Below, in pieces: positions 34,866 through 51,682 of a stretch of 64,000 bases of DNA. Below the pieces are notes generated by a model. It had not been told where the DNA came from. It was given only the letters and a program-made list of their open reading frames with translations, and searched no databases. Source of the DNA: Escherichia coli (lineage in GTDB: Bacteria > Pseudomonadota > Gammaproteobacteria > Enterobacterales > Enterobacteriaceae). How positions within the stretch are numbered: the stretch's first letter is position 1; each line of letters opens with the position of its first letter. The stretch lies in the NCBI RefSeq assembly GCF_003334785.1, contig NZ_QOWV01000002.1. One strand, written 5' to 3'. The translations under genes and the position numbers were made by a program.

Positions 34866-36071
34866 ATGAATCAATCAGAGCAGAGAAAAAAAATACTGGT
34901 TCTTACACCTCGCTTTCCCTACCCTGTCATTGGAGGGGATAGATTAAGAGTCTATATGTTATGTAAAGAACTTTCCAAAAAATATGATCTTATTCTTCTG
35001 AGCTTATGTGATCAACCACTAGAACTTGAAATAAATATAAATGACTCGGTCTTCAAAGAAATTCATCGTGTCTATCTACCAAAATATAAATCATATTATA
35101 ATGTATTTAAAGCTTTGGTTACGCAAAAACCGTTGCAAATTGCTTATTATCAATCGGACACATTTAAGAATAAATACAATAAATTAATTAAACAATGCGA
35201 TGCAGTATTTTGTCATCTAATAAGAGTTGCTGATTATGTTAAGGATACAGACAAGTTCAAAATTCTTGATATGACAGATGCAATATCTTTGAATTACAGT
35301 CGCGTTAAAAAATTAGCAAGTAAAAAAAGTTTGCGTGCAATTATTTATTCTCTGGAACAAAAAAGATTAGAATCATATGAGCGTTCTGTGGCGAATCTTT
35401 TTGATTTGACCACTTTTATTTCATCCGTAGACCGTGACTATCTCTACCCTAATCCGGGCAGTAATATCCATATAGTCAATAATGGGGTTGATACATCAGC
35501 CTTGAGATATATAAAAAGAGAAATAAAAATCGATAAGCCGGTGGAACTTATATTTATCGGAAATATGTATTCTTTACAAAATATGGATGCTGCAAAAAAT
35601 TTTGCTAAGAATATTTTACCTTGCTTGCATGATGAGTTTAATATTATTTTTAAAGTGATTGGTAAGATCTCAGAAACTAATAAAAATATATTAAATTCAT
35701 TTAAAAATACAATTGCTTTAGGTACTGTTGATGATATCAATTCTTCCGCTTCTACAGGGCATATAGGTATATGTCCTGTTCGTCTTGGAGCAGGCGTACA
35801 AAATAAAATTCTTGAATACATGGCTTTAGGTTTACCATGTATTACATCTAGCATTGGTTATGAAGGTATTAATGCAAAATCTGGTAGCGAAATTTTTGTT
35901 GCAGATACAGTAGAGCAATATAAAAACGTACTAAGAGAAATAATTTACGATTATAATCGTTATACTGAAGTGGCTGAAAATGCCCGTAGTTTTGTAGAAA
36001 ATAATTTTTCTTGGGAATCAAAAGTTGCCAATTTAATGAATATATTAGATGAGAAATTATATGAACAATAA
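34866..36071 (+). CDS. Glycosyltransferase, GT4/group-1 type
   Basis: Start at [20 protein letters not shown] (internal Met of ORF 34809..36071); GT4 layout. Confidence 0.7.
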   Translation: MNQSEQRKKILVLTPRFPYPVIGGDRLRVYMLCKELSKKYDLILLSLCDQPLELEININDSVFKEIHRVYLPKYKSYYNVFKALVTQKPLQIAYYQSDTFKNKYNKLIKQCDAVFCHLIRVADYVKDTDKFKILDMTDAISLNYSRVKKLASKKSLRAIIYSLEQKRLESYERSVANLFDLTTFISSVDRDYLYPNPGSNIHIVNNGVDTSALRYIKREIKIDKPVELIFIGNMYSLQNMDAAKNFAKNILPCLHDEFNIIFKVIGKISETNKNILNSFKNTIALGTVDDINSSASTGHIGICPVRLGAGVQNKILEYMALGLPCITSSIGYEGINAKSGSEIFVADTVEQYKNVLREIIYDYNRYTEVAENARSFVENNFSWESKVANLMNILDEKLYEQ

Positions 36072-37500
36072 TAAAATTATTACACCTATCATTATGGCAG
36101 GTGGTTCAGGCAGTCGGTTGTGGCCACTATCAAGAATTCTCTATCCGAAACAATTTCTTAGCCTAAACGGTAGTCATACCATGCTTCAAACAACGGCTAA
36201 TCGTCTGGATGGTTTGGATTGTACCAACCCTTATGTCATTTGTAATGAACAACACCGCTTTATAGTTGCTGAACAGCTTAGAAAAATCGATAGATTGACT
36301 TCAAAGAATATCATCCTTGAGCCTGTTGGGCGTAACACTGCCCCTGCAATTGCATTAGCGGCGTTGCTGATGTCTAAGTCTGATAAAAGTGCAGATGATC
36401 TTATGCTCGTACTGGCTGCAGATCACGTTATATTAGATGAAGAAAAATTTTGTAACGCTGTTAGATCGGCAATTCCATACGCTGCTGATGGGAAATTGGT
36501 AACATTTGGTATAATTCCAGACAAAGCAGAAACTGGTTATGGTTATATACATCGAGGACAATATATTAATCAGGAAGATTCGGATGCATTTATAGTGTCA
36601 TCATTTGTTGAAAAGCCAAATCATGAGACAGCCACTAAATATCTTGCTTCCGGTGAGTATTATTGGAATAGCGGTATGTTTTTGTTTAGTGCAAATCGTT
36701 ATATAGAGGAACTTAAACAATTTCGGCCTGATATTTTATCCGCTTGTGAAAAAGCAATTGCTTCAGCGAACTTTGACCTTGATTTTGTGCGTTTAGATGA
36801 AAGTTCTTTCTCTAAGTGTCCTGAAGAGTCAATTGATTACGCTGTAATGGAAAAAACAAAAGACGCAATTGTTATTCCAATGGATGCTGGCTGGAGTGAT
36901 GTCGGTTCATGGTCTTCTCTTTGGGAAATTAATGATAAAGACTCAGACGGCAACGTAATAGTTGGGGATATTTTCTCTCATGAAACAAAGAATTCTTTCA
37001 TATATGCCGAATCGGGAATTGTTGCTACAGTGGGAGTGGAAAATTTAGTTGTTGTCCAAACAAAGGATGCCGTTCTTGTCTCAGAGAGAAATAAAGTTCA
37101 GGATGTAAAGAAAATAGTCGAACAAATTAAAAATTCAGGTCGTAGCGAGCATTATGTTCATCGCGAAGTATATCGTCCTTGGGGTAAATATGATTCCATT
37201 GACACAGGGGAGCGTTATCAGGTCAAACGTATAACAGTAAATCCTGGTGAAGGACTTTCTTTACAAATGCACCATCATAGGGCAGAACATTGGATCATAG
37301 TTTCTGGAACTGCAAAGGTGACTATAGGTTCTGAAACTAAGATTCTTAGCGAAAATGAATCTGTTTACATACCTCTTGGTGTAATACACTGCTTGGAAAA
37401 TCCAGGGAAAATTCCTCTTGATTTAATTGAAGTTCGTTCTGGATCTTATTTAGAAGAAGACGATGTTATCCGTTTTCAGGACCGATATGGTCGCAGCTAA
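36061..37500 (+). CDS. manC: Mannose-1-phosphate guanylyltransferase (O-antigen copy)
   Basis: Protein close to CpsB ([14 protein letters not shown]), but DNA is AT-rich and diverged from cpsB. Confidence 0.9.
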   Translation: MNNNKIITPIIMAGGSGSRLWPLSRILYPKQFLSLNGSHTMLQTTANRLDGLDCTNPYVICNEQHRFIVAEQLRKIDRLTSKNIILEPVGRNTAPAIALAALLMSKSDKSADDLMLVLAADHVILDEEKFCNAVRSAIPYAADGKLVTFGIIPDKAETGYGYIHRGQYINQEDSDAFIVSSFVEKPNHETATKYLASGEYYWNSGMFLFSANRYIEELKQFRPDILSACEKAIASANFDLDFVRLDESSFSKCPEESIDYAVMEKTKDAIVIPMDAGWSDVGSWSSLWEINDKDSDGNVIVGDIFSHETKNSFIYAESGIVATVGVENLVVVQTKDAVLVSERNKVQDVKKIVEQIKNSGRSEHYVHREVYRPWGKYDSIDTGERYQVKRITVNPGEGLSLQMHHHRAEHWIIVSGTAKVTIGSETKILSENESVYIPLGVIHCLENPGKIPLDLIEVRSGSYLEEDDVIRFQDRYGRS

Positions 37501-37582
37501 ATTTTTGATAATGTAACGTTAGTAGAAGAACGCTAATATTTTTAGTTAATCTGTAATAAGTATTATTTGTTTAAGGTATATC

Positions 37583-38953
37583 ATGTCGAGTTTAACCTGC
37601 TTTAAAGCCTATGATATTCGCGGGAAATTAGGCGAAGAACTGAATGAAGATATCGCCTGGCGTATTGGGCGTGCCTATGGCGAATTTCTCAAACCGAAAA
37701 CCATTGTGTTAGGCGGTGACGTCCGCCTCACCAGCGAAACCTTAAAACTGGCGCTGGCGAGAGGTTTACAGGATGCGGGCGTCGATGTGCTGGATATCGG
37801 CATGTCCGGCACCGAAGAGATCTATTTCGCCACGTTCCATCTCGGCGTGGATGGCGGCATCGAAGTTACCGCCAGCCATAATCCGATGGATTATAACGGC
37901 ATGAAGCTGGTTCGCGAGGGGGCTCGCCCGATCAGCGGAGATACCGGACTGCGCGACGTCCAGCGTCTGGCTGAAGCCAACGACTTTCCTCCCGTCGATG
38001 AAACCAAACGCGGTCGCTATCAGCAAATCAACCTGCGTGACGCTTACGTTGATCACCTGTTCGGTTATATCAATGTCAAAAACCTCACGCCGCTCAAGCT
38101 GGTGATCAACTCCGGGAACGGCGCAGCGGGTCCGGTGGTGGACGCTATCGAAGCCCGCTTTAAAGCCCTCGGCGCACCTGTGGAATTGATCAAAGTGCAC
38201 AACACGCCGGACGGCAATTTCCCCAACGGTATTCCTAACCCGCTGCTGCCGGAATGTCGCGACGACACCCGCAATGCGGTCATCAAACACGGCGCGGATA
38301 TGGGCATTGCCTTTGATGGCGATTTTGACCGCTGTTTTCTGTTTGACGAAAAAGGGCAGTTTATCGAGGGCTACTACATTGTCGGCCTGCTGGCAGAAGC
38401 GTTCCTCGAAAAAAATCCCGGCGCGAAGATCATCCACGATCCACGTCTCTCCTGGAACACCGTTGATGTGGTGACTGCCGCAGGTGGCACGCCGGTAATG
38501 TCGAAAACCGGACACGCCTTTATTAAAGAACGTATGCGCAAGGAGGACGCCATCTACGGTGGCGAAATGAGCGCCCACCATTACTTCCGTGATTTCGCTT
38601 ACTGCGACAGCGGCATGATCCCGTGGCTGCTGGTCGCCGAACTGGTGTGCCTGAAAGAGAAAACGCTGGGCGAACTGGTACGCGACCGGATGGCGGCGTT
38701 TCCGGCAAGCGGTGAGATCAACAGCAAACTGGCGCAACCCGTTGAGGCGATTAACCGCGTGGAACAGCATTTTAGCCGTGAGGCGCTGGCGGTGGATCGC
38801 ACCGATGGCATCAGCATGACCTTTGCCGACTGGCGCTTTAACCTGCGCTCCTCCAACACCGAACCGGTGGTGCGCCTGAATGTGGAATCGCGCGGTGATG
38901 TGCCGCTGATGGAAGAAAAGACAAAACTTATCCTTGCGTTATTGAACAAGTAA
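37583..38953 (+). CDS. manB: Phosphomannomutase (O-antigen copy)
   Basis: 456 aa; DNA nearly identical to cpsG across most of its length. Confidence 0.95.
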   Translation: MSSLTCFKAYDIRGKLGEELNEDIAWRIGRAYGEFLKPKTIVLGGDVRLTSETLKLALARGLQDAGVDVLDIGMSGTEEIYFATFHLGVDGGIEVTASHNPMDYNGMKLVREGARPISGDTGLRDVQRLAEANDFPPVDETKRGRYQQINLRDAYVDHLFGYINVKNLTPLKLVINSGNGAAGPVVDAIEARFKALGAPVELIKVHNTPDGNFPNGIPNPLLPECRDDTRNAVIKHGADMGIAFDGDFDRCFLFDEKGQFIEGYYIVGLLAEAFLEKNPGAKIIHDPRLSWNTVDVVTAAGGTPVMSKTGHAFIKERMRKEDAIYGGEMSAHHYFRDFAYCDSGMIPWLLVAELVCLKEKTLGELVRDRMAAFPASGEINSKLAQPVEAINRVEQHFSREALAVDRTDGISMTFADWRFNLRSSNTEPVVRLNVESRGDVPLMEEKTKLILALLNK

Positions 38954-39116
38954 TTCAGTATTTTCATATAAATAAGTTTTAAAAGACGGAAAAGATGAGA
39001 TATTCAGTGTGGTATAGCAAAGGTACTGCTATTCACCATCTCTATGAGTGAGTTAACATCTATACCACATTTAAGCCGCACACTCGGCGGTGAACACCCC
39101 CTGACAGGAGTAAACA

Positions 39117-40523
39117 ATGTCAAAGCAACAGATTGGCGTCGTCGGTATGGCAGTGATGGGGCGCAACCTTGCGCTCAACATCGAAAGCCGTGGTTATACC
39201 GTCTCTATTTTCAACCGTTCCCGTGAGAAGACGGAAGAAGTGATTGCCGAAAATCCAGGCAAGAAATTGGTTCCTTACTTTACGGTAAAAGAGTTTGTTG
39301 AATCTCTGGAAACGCCTCGTCGCATCCTGTTAATGGTGAAAGCAGGTGCAGGCACGGATGCTGCTATTGATTCCCTCAAGCCATACCTCGATAAAGGTGA
39401 CATCATCATTGATGGTGGTAACACCTTCTTCCAGGATACTATTCGTCGTAACCGTGAGCTTTCTGCAGAAGGTTTTAACTTCATTGGTACCGGTGTTTCC
39501 GGCGGTGAAGAAGGCGCGTTGAAAGGGCCGTCCATCATGCCAGGTGGGCAGAAAGAAGCCTATGAACTTGTTGCGCCGATCCTGACCAAAATCGCCGCAG
39601 TGGCTGAAGACGGTGAGCCATGCGTTACCTATATCGGTGCCGATGGCGCAGGCCATTATGTGAAGATGGTACACAACGGTATTGAATACGGCGATATGCA
39701 GCTGATTGCTGAAGCCTATTCGTTGCTTAAAGGCGGCCTTAATCTCTCTAACGAAGAACTGGCGCAGACGTTTACCGAGTGGAATAACGGTGAACTGAGC
39801 AGCTACCTGATCGACATCACCAAAGATATCTTCACCAAAAAAGATGAAGACGGTAACTACCTGGTTGATGTGATTCTGGATGAAGCAGCAAACAAAGGTA
39901 CCGGTAAATGGACCAGCCAGAGCGCGCTGGATCTCGGCGAACCGCTGTCGCTGATTACCGAGTCTGTGTTTGCACGTTATATCTCGTCTCTGAAAGATCA
40001 GCGCGTTGCCGCGTCTAAAGTTCTCTCTGGCCCGCAAGCACAGCCAGCAGGCGACAAGGCTGAGTTCATCGAAAAAGTTCGCCGTGCGCTGTATCTTGGC
40101 AAAATCGTTTCTTACGCTCAGGGCTTCTCTCAGCTGCGTGCTGCGTCTGAAGAATACAACTGGGCTCTGAACTACGGCGAAATCGCGAAGATTTTCCGTG
40201 CTGGCTGCATCATCCGTGCGCAGTTCCTGCAGAAAATCACCGATGCTTATGCCGAAAATCCGCAGATCGCTAACCTGCTGCTGGCTCCGTACTTCAAGCA
40301 AATTGCCGATGACTACCAGCAGGCGCTGCGTGATGTCGTCGCATATGCAGTACAGAACGGTATCCCGGTTCCGACCTTCGCCGCTGCGGTTGCCTATTAC
40401 GATAGCTACCGTGCCGCTGTTCTGCCTGCGAACCTGATCCAGGCACAGCGTGACTATTTCGGTGCGCATACTTATAAGCGCATTGATAAAGAAGGTGTGT
40501 TCCATACTGAATGGCTGGATTAA
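39117..40523 (+). CDS. gnd: 6-phosphogluconate dehydrogenase, decarboxylating
   Basis: 468 aa; N-terminal [20 protein letters not shown]-binding motif. Confidence 0.95.
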   Translation: MSKQQIGVVGMAVMGRNLALNIESRGYTVSIFNRSREKTEEVIAENPGKKLVPYFTVKEFVESLETPRRILLMVKAGAGTDAAIDSLKPYLDKGDIIIDGGNTFFQDTIRRNRELSAEGFNFIGTGVSGGEEGALKGPSIMPGGQKEAYELVAPILTKIAAVAEDGEPCVTYIGADGAGHYVKMVHNGIEYGDMQLIAEAYSLLKGGLNLSNEELAQTFTEWNNGELSSYLIDITKDIFTKKDEDGNYLVDVILDEAANKGTGKWTSQSALDLGEPLSLITESVFARYISSLKDQRVAASKVLSGPQAQPAGDKAEFIEKVRRALYLGKIVSYAQGFSQLRAASEEYNWALNYGEIAKIFRAGCIIRAQFLQKITDAYAENPQIANLLLAPYFKQIADDYQQALRDVVAYAVQNGIPVPTFAAAVAYYDSYRAAVLPANLIQAQRDYFGAHTYKRIDKEGVFHTEWLD

Positions 40524-40550
40524 TCTGATTTAACCAACAATAAAATTGAG

Positions 40551-40583
40551 GCCCGGCGTATATTGCACCGGGCTTTTTTTTGC
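40551..40583 (+). terminator. Rho-independent terminator after gnd
   Basis: Hairpin gcccgg...ccgggc followed by an 8-T run. Confidence 0.65.
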
Positions 40584-40762
40584 CAATTATCTTATAGACT
40601 AAATTTCACTGCTTAATATTAACTTAATAAATATCAGCTATTCTTATAAAGAAAATCTGAATTGTTTTTCGTTGCGTTGACCATCGAACAACGTAGCGTT
40701 AAAACTTTTAGCTCTTATCAGGATGCTAAAAACATCATGATTCACAGTTAAGTTAATTCTGA

Positions 40763-41938
<1,176 letters not shown>

Positions 41939-42080
41939 CATCTTGTTATCAGGGCTATTTACGCCCTGATTGTCTTTTGTTACTTACGCAACAATTCATT
42001 ATTTTTATCACTTATCCTATAGCATTCACGGGGATTATCGCTAAACTATGCGGACTTGGAAATTTCCGTCAGTTAGGGTA

Positions 42081-43061
42081 ATGATGAGAGTAGAAAATAA
42101 TAATGTTTCTGGGCAAAATCATGACCCGGAACAGATTGATTTGATTGATTTACTAGTGCAGTTGTGGCGTGGCAAGATGACAATCATCATTTCCGTCATT
42201 GTGGCTATTGCCCTGGCTATTGGTTATTTGGCAGTCGCGAAGGAGAAATGGACGTCAACAGCAATTATCACTCAGCCCGACGTGGGGCAAATTGCTGGCT
42301 ATAACAATGCCATGAATGTTATCTATGGTCAGGCTGCACCGAAAGTATCGGATTTACAGGAGACGTTAATTGGTCGCTTCAGTTCTGCTTTCTCTGCATT
42401 AGCAGAAACGCTGGATAATCAGGAAGAACCAGAAAAACTTACCATCGAACCTTCTGTTAAGAACCAGCAATTACCATTGACTGTTTCTTATGTTGGGCAA
42501 ACTGCAGAGGGAGCACAAATGAAGTTGGCCCATTACATTCAGCAAGTTGATGATAAAGTGAATCAAGAGCTAGAAAAGGATCTCAAAGACAACATTGCTC
42601 TGGGACGGAAAAACTTGCAGGACTCTTTAAGAACCCAGGAAGTGGTTGCGCAGGAGCAGAAAGATCTGCGTATCCGTCAGATTCAGGAAGCGTTGCAGTA
42701 TGCGAATCAGGCGCAGGTGACAAAGCCACAGGTTCAGCAGACTGAAGATGTGACACAAGATACGTTGTTCCTTTTGGGGAGCGAAGCGCTGGAGTCGATG
42801 ATTAAGCATGAGGCGACCCGTCCGTTGGTGTTCTCGCCAAACTACTATCAGACACGTCAAAACCTGTTGGATATTGAAAACTTAAAGGTTGATGATCTTG
42901 ATATTCATGCTTACCGCTATGTGATGAAACCGACGTTACCTATTCGTCGCGATAGTCCGAAAAAGGCAATCACCTTGATTCTGGCAGTGCTTCTGGGCGG
43001 CATGGTTGGCGCGGGGATTGTGTTGGGGCGTAATGCTCTGCGTAATTACAACGCGAAGTAA
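42081..43061 (+). CDS. wzzB: O-antigen chain-length determinant WzzB
   Basis: Start at MMRVENNN; two membrane spans flanking a coiled-coil-rich periplasmic region; C-terminal GGMVGAGIVL. Confidence 0.9.
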   Translation: MMRVENNNVSGQNHDPEQIDLIDLLVQLWRGKMTIIISVIVAIALAIGYLAVAKEKWTSTAIITQPDVGQIAGYNNAMNVIYGQAAPKVSDLQETLIGRFSSAFSALAETLDNQEEPEKLTIEPSVKNQQLPLTVSYVGQTAEGAQMKLAHYIQQVDDKVNQELEKDLKDNIALGRKNLQDSLRTQEVVAQEQKDLRIRQIQEALQYANQAQVTKPQVQQTEDVTQDTLFLLGSEALESMIKHEATRPLVFSPNYYQTRQNLLDIENLKVDDLDIHAYRYVMKPTLPIRRDSPKKAITLILAVLLGGMVGAGIVLGRNALRNYNAK

Positions 43062-43080
43062 TCTTTGCAGTTTTAAAGAA

Positions 43081-43116
43081 AACGGGCAGGGTGGTGACAC
43101 CTTGCCCGTTTTTTTG
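43081..43116. terminator. Bidirectional rho-independent terminator between convergent wzzB and hisI
   Basis: GC-rich hairpin acgggca...tgcccgt with T-run on the plus strand and T-rich tail on the minus strand. Confidence 0.6.
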
Positions 43117-43156
43117 CCGGATGCGACAACAATATCGCATCCGCTTACCCCGCAAC

Positions 43157-43761
43157 TCACTGATGCCGTTTACGCAGGTTCTCAATCACCGTCGTTAAGT
43201 CCAGATCCTGATCCTGCAACAGCACCAGCAGGTGATACATCAAATCAGATGCCTCGTTGGTCAGCTCAAAGCGGTCATGTACAGTCGCGGCCAGTGCGGT
43301 TTCCACCCCTTCTTCGCCCACTTTCTGCGCAATGCGTTTGGTGCCGCTGGCATACAGTTTGGCGGTGTAAGAGGTTTCCGGGTCGGCAGATTTACGTTCG
43401 GCGAGCAGTTGTTCCAGTTGATAAAGGAACAGCCACTGGTGAGCGGTGTCGCCGAAGCAGCTGCTGGTGCCTTTGTGGCAGGTCGGGCCGATGGGATTCG
43501 CCAGTACCAGTAGCGTGTCGTTGTCGCAGTCCGGCGTAATATTTACTACGTTGAGGAAATTGCCCGATGTTTCGCCTTTGGTCCACAGTCGCTGTTTAGT
43601 GCGCGAGAAGAAGGTGACTTTGCCGCTTTCGATGGTTTTGTCTAAGGCTTCCGGGTTCATATAGCCCAGCATTAACACTTCACCGGATACCGCGTGTTGC
43701 ACAATCACCGGCATAAGTCCGTCGGTTTTTTCCCAGTCCAGTTCGCGACGTTGTTGTTCTG

Positions 43762-43768
<7 letters not shown>
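43157..43768 (-). CDS. hisI: Bifunctional phosphoribosyl-AMP cyclohydrolase / phosphoribosyl-ATP pyrophosphatase
   Basis: 203 aa; his operon order. Confidence 0.95.
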
Positions 43769-45846
<2,078 letters not shown>

Positions 45847-45847
<1 letters not shown>

Positions 45848-46913
45848 TACAGCACTCCTTTCGACGAGGGCAGGGTGTCGCCTTCCACGCGGATGGCCTG
45901 GCGCAGGGTGCGACCAAAGGCTTTGAACAGACTCTCTACACGGTGATGATCGTTTTTACCTTTGGTTTTCAGGTGTAGCGTCACGCCCATGGTGTATGAG
46001 AGCGAACGGAAGAAGTGCTCGATCATTTCGGTGCTGAGATCGCCCACGCGCTGGTAGGTAAACTCGGCTTTATATTCCAGGTGCGGGCGACCAGAGATAT
46101 CCAGCGCGCAGCGGGCAAGGCATTCGTCCATCGGTAGCACAAAACCAAAGCGGCAAATACCGCGTTTGTCTCCGAGGGCGATTTTTAGCGCTTCGCCCAG
46201 CGCCAGGCCGGTATCTTCGACGGTGTGGTGATCGTCGATATAGAGGTCGCCTTTGACGTTGATTTCCATGCGGAAACCGCCGTGGGTGGCGATCTGATCC
46301 AGCATGTGATCAAAGAAGCCAACACCGGTGTTAATCTTGCTGCCACCTTCGCGATCCAGCCACACCTGGACGTCAATTTGCGTCTCTTTGGTGTTGCGCA
46401 CTACATGGGCGTAACGGTCTCGTTTAGTGAGTTGCTCGCCAATCATCGGCCAGTTCAGGATTTCGCGGTCGTAGCGTAAACCATTAATGCCCATGTTTTC
46501 CGCCAGTTGAATGTCGGTCGCGCGATCGCCAATCACATAACTGTTGGCACGGTCCATCGCTTGCTCAGCCAGATAACGCTCCACCAGTTTTACTTTCGGC
46601 TTACGGCAGTCGCACTCATCGGCGGGCAGGTGAGGGCAAATCAGCACTTCATCAAACTGCACGCCCTGTGAGGTGAAGATCTGCATCATCAGGTTGTGCG
46701 GGCCATCGAAATCCGCCTGCGGGAAACTTTGTGTTCCCAGACCATCCTGATTAGTGATCATCACCAGCTTGTAGCCCGCTTTTTGCAGCTTCAGCAGTTC
46801 CGGGATCACGCCCGGTTCAAAGGCGAGTTTGTCAAAACGGTCCACCTGAAAATCACTCGGCGGTTCGCTAATCAGGGTTCCATCGCGATCGATAAAAAGA
46901 TACTTCTGACTCA

Positions 46914-46914
<1 letters not shown>
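45847..46914 (-). CDS. hisB: Bifunctional histidinol-phosphatase / imidazoleglycerol-phosphate dehydratase
   Basis: Start at [14 protein letters not shown] (second Met of ORF), overlapping the hisC stop. Confidence 0.95.
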
Positions 46915-49285
<2,371 letters not shown>

Positions 49286-49290
49286 GGCGA

Positions 49291-50190
49291 TCACTCCATC
49301 ATCTTCTCAATCGGCAGGACCAGAATCGAACTGGCACCCAGCGCTTTCAGTTTTTCCATCGTTTCCCAGAACAGGGTTTCACTGCTGACCATGTGCATCG
49401 CTACGCGTTGTTGATCACCCGCCAGCGGCAGAATGGTTGGGCGTTCGGCACCAGGCAGCAGGGCGATGACTTCATCCAGGCGTTCGGTCGGTGCGTGCAT
49501 CATGATGTATTTTGATTCGCGCGCCTGGATCACACCCTGAATACGGGTCAGCAGTTTGTCGATCAGTTGCTGTTTGGATTCTTCCATTTCGCCATCGCGC
49601 TGGATAAGGCAGGCTTTCGAGCGGTAGATAACTTCGACTTCGCGCAGGCCGTTTGCTTCCAGCGTGGCACCGGTGGAAACCAGATCGCAAATCGCATCCG
49701 CCAGTCCGGCACGCGGGGCAACTTCGACAGAACCGTTCAGTAAGCAGGATTTAAAAGAGATGCCTTTCTGGTCGAGATAACGCTTGAGCAGGTGAGGATA
49801 AGAGGTGGCGATACGTTTACCGTTTAAGGAGAGCGGGCCGTCCCAGGCTTCATCAACCGGCGTTGCCAGCGAAAGGCGGCAGCCGCCGAAATCCAGACGA
49901 CGCAAGGTAAAGTAGCGCGGATCTTCACCCTGGGCGAGGCGGTTAAGCAGCTCTTCTTCCAGCACGTTTTCGCCGATAATCCCAAGGTCTACCACGCCAT
50001 CCATTACCAGACCGGGAATGTCGTCGTCACGCACGCGCAGAATATCAATCGGCATGTTTTCTGCCATCGCGATCAGGCGCTGGGTGTGAAGATTGATTTT
50101 AATACCACAGCGCGCCAGCAATTCACGTGAGTCATCACTTAAACGGCCGGATTTCTGCATAGCTATGCGTAAACGAGTGTTGTCTGTCAT
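49291..50190 (-). CDS. hisG: ATP phosphoribosyltransferase
   Basis: Start at [17 protein letters not shown] (internal Met), 299 aa. Confidence 0.95.
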   Translation of the reverse strand: MTDNTRLRIAMQKSGRLSDDSRELLARCGIKINLHTQRLIAMAENMPIDILRVRDDDIPGLVMDGVVDLGIIGENVLEEELLNRLAQGEDPRYFTLRRLDFGGCRLSLATPVDEAWDGPLSLNGKRIATSYPHLLKRYLDQKGISFKSCLLNGSVEVAPRAGLADAICDLVSTGATLEANGLREVEVIYRSKACLIQRDGEMEESKQQLIDKLLTRIQGVIQARESKYIMMHAPTERLDEVIALLPGAERPTILPLAGDQQRVAMHMVSSETLFWETMEKLKALGASSILVLPIEKMME

Positions 50191-50234
50191 TTTCTTATTC
50201 CTCTTTAAACCTGTCTGAACCGTTATCAATCGCG

Positions 50235-50272
50235 CAATAAAAAAGCCCCCGGAAGGTGATCTTCCGGGGGCT
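50235..50272 (-). terminator. his attenuator terminator hairpin
   Basis: Minus strand reads agcccccggaag-atcac-cttccgggggc followed by UUUUUUAUU, between hisL and hisG. Confidence 0.85.
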
Positions 50273-50335
50273 TTCTCATGCGTTCATGCACCACTGGAAG
50301 ATCTGAATGTCTTCCAGCACACATCGCCTGAAAGA

Positions 50336-50386
50336 CTAGTCAGGATGATGGTGATGATGGTGGTGTTTAAATTGAACGCGTGTCAT
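50336..50386 (-). CDS. hisL: his operon leader peptide (MTRVQFKHHHHHHHPD)
   Basis: Minus-strand 16-codon ORF with seven consecutive His codons upstream of the attenuator. Confidence 0.9.
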   Translation of the reverse strand: MTRVQFKHHHHHHHPD

Positions 50387-50600
50387 AAAAGTCTCTGTGA
50401 ATGTTTATTCAACTGATGTCTTTTAACCTAAACCACTTTCACGTTAGAAAGCAAGGGCTTTTTTATATATTTTATGGCAATGGATTTGTTTAATGAATGA
50501 GCGGGGAAAGGAGGGGGCCTGGAGTGACTACGTTAGAAAAGTAATCGTGAAAATATGTCTTTAAAACCCTCAAGAACATTGTGTTCTGTAACTAAAGTGG

Positions 50601-50712
50601 GATTTGTTCCTGCCGGATGCGGCGTGAATGCCTTATCAGGTCTACAAATATTGCCTAAATTCAATGTATTGATGTTTTTGTAGGACTGATAAGCGGAGCG
50701 CATCAGGCAATT
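50601..50712. repeat. REP cluster in the hisL-yeeZ intergenic region
   Basis: gccggatgcggcgtgaatgccttatcagg ... gactgataagcggagcgcatcaggc REP-type palindromes. Confidence 0.55.
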
Positions 50713-50812
50713 GTATATTTGCTAACAGTTTCGATTTCATTCATAGAATGAATTGTCAGTTTTGATACGCTAGCGTAGCCTTATAGATCTAAGGTGTATC
50801 AGGAGATAACGG

Positions 50813-51637
50813 ATGAAAAAGGTCGCAATTGTCGGGTTAGGGTGGTTAGGCATGCCGCTGGCGATGTCACTTTCAGCGCGAGGCTGGCAAGTCACCGGGA
50901 GTAAAACCACACAAGATGGTGTCGAAGCGGCCCGAATGAGTGGCATTGATAGCTATCTGCTTCGCATGGAGCCTGAGTTAGTTTGCGATTCTGACGATCT
51001 GGATGCCCTGATGGATGCCGACGCGCTGGTCATTACGCTTCCGGCACGTCGTAGCGGCCCCGGCGATGAGTTCTATTTACAAGCGGTACAAGAGTTAGTG
51101 GATAGCGCGCTGGCCCATCGTATTCCCCGAATTATTTTTACCAGCTCAACGTCTGTCTATGGCGACGCGCAAGGCACGGTGAAAGAAACCACCCCGCGTA
51201 ATCCGGTGACCAACAGTGGACGAGTATTAGAAGAACTCGAAGACTGGCTGCACAATTTACCCGGTACTTCGGTCGATATTCTGCGTCTTGCGGGGCTGGT
51301 CGGACCGGGGCGTCATCCCGGACGCTTCTTTGCCGGAAAAACCGCGCCTGATGGTGAACATGGTGTTAATTTAGTCCATTTAGAAGATGTTATTGGCGCT
51401 ATCACTCTGTTGTTACAGGCACCTAAAGGCGGACACATCTATAATATATGTGCGCCAGCTCACCCTGCGCGTAATGTTTTCTATCCGCAGATGGCCCGTT
51501 TACTGGGGCTTGAACCTCCGCAGTTCAGAAATAGTCTGGACAGCGGCAAAGGTAAGATTATTGATGGCAGTCGGATTTGTAATGAACTGGGATTTGAATA
51601 CCAGTATCCCGATCCGCTGGTAATGCCGCTGGAGTAA
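50813..51637 (+). CDS. yeeZ: NAD(P)-binding epimerase/dehydratase-family protein YeeZ
   Basis: 274 aa; N-terminal VAIVGLGWLG Rossmann motif. Confidence 0.85.
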   Translation: MKKVAIVGLGWLGMPLAMSLSARGWQVTGSKTTQDGVEAARMSGIDSYLLRMEPELVCDSDDLDALMDADALVITLPARRSGPGDEFYLQAVQELVDSALAHRIPRIIFTSSTSVYGDAQGTVKETTPRNPVTNSGRVLEELEDWLHNLPGTSVDILRLAGLVGPGRHPGRFFAGKTAPDGEHGVNLVHLEDVIGAITLLLQAPKGGHIYNICAPAHPARNVFYPQMARLLGLEPPQFRNSLDSGKGKIIDGSRICNELGFEYQYPDPLVMPLE

Positions 51638-51682
51638 ACGATCACGCCAGCAGGACGCCGCATGCACTGCAAGGGGGCGTGT

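Noticed and set aside
39330-40505. 391-aa minus-strand ORF covering almost all of gnd
   Set aside because: Antisense to a gene whose sense-strand product is unmistakably 6-phosphogluconate dehydrogenase; long antisense frames are common in GC-rich genes.
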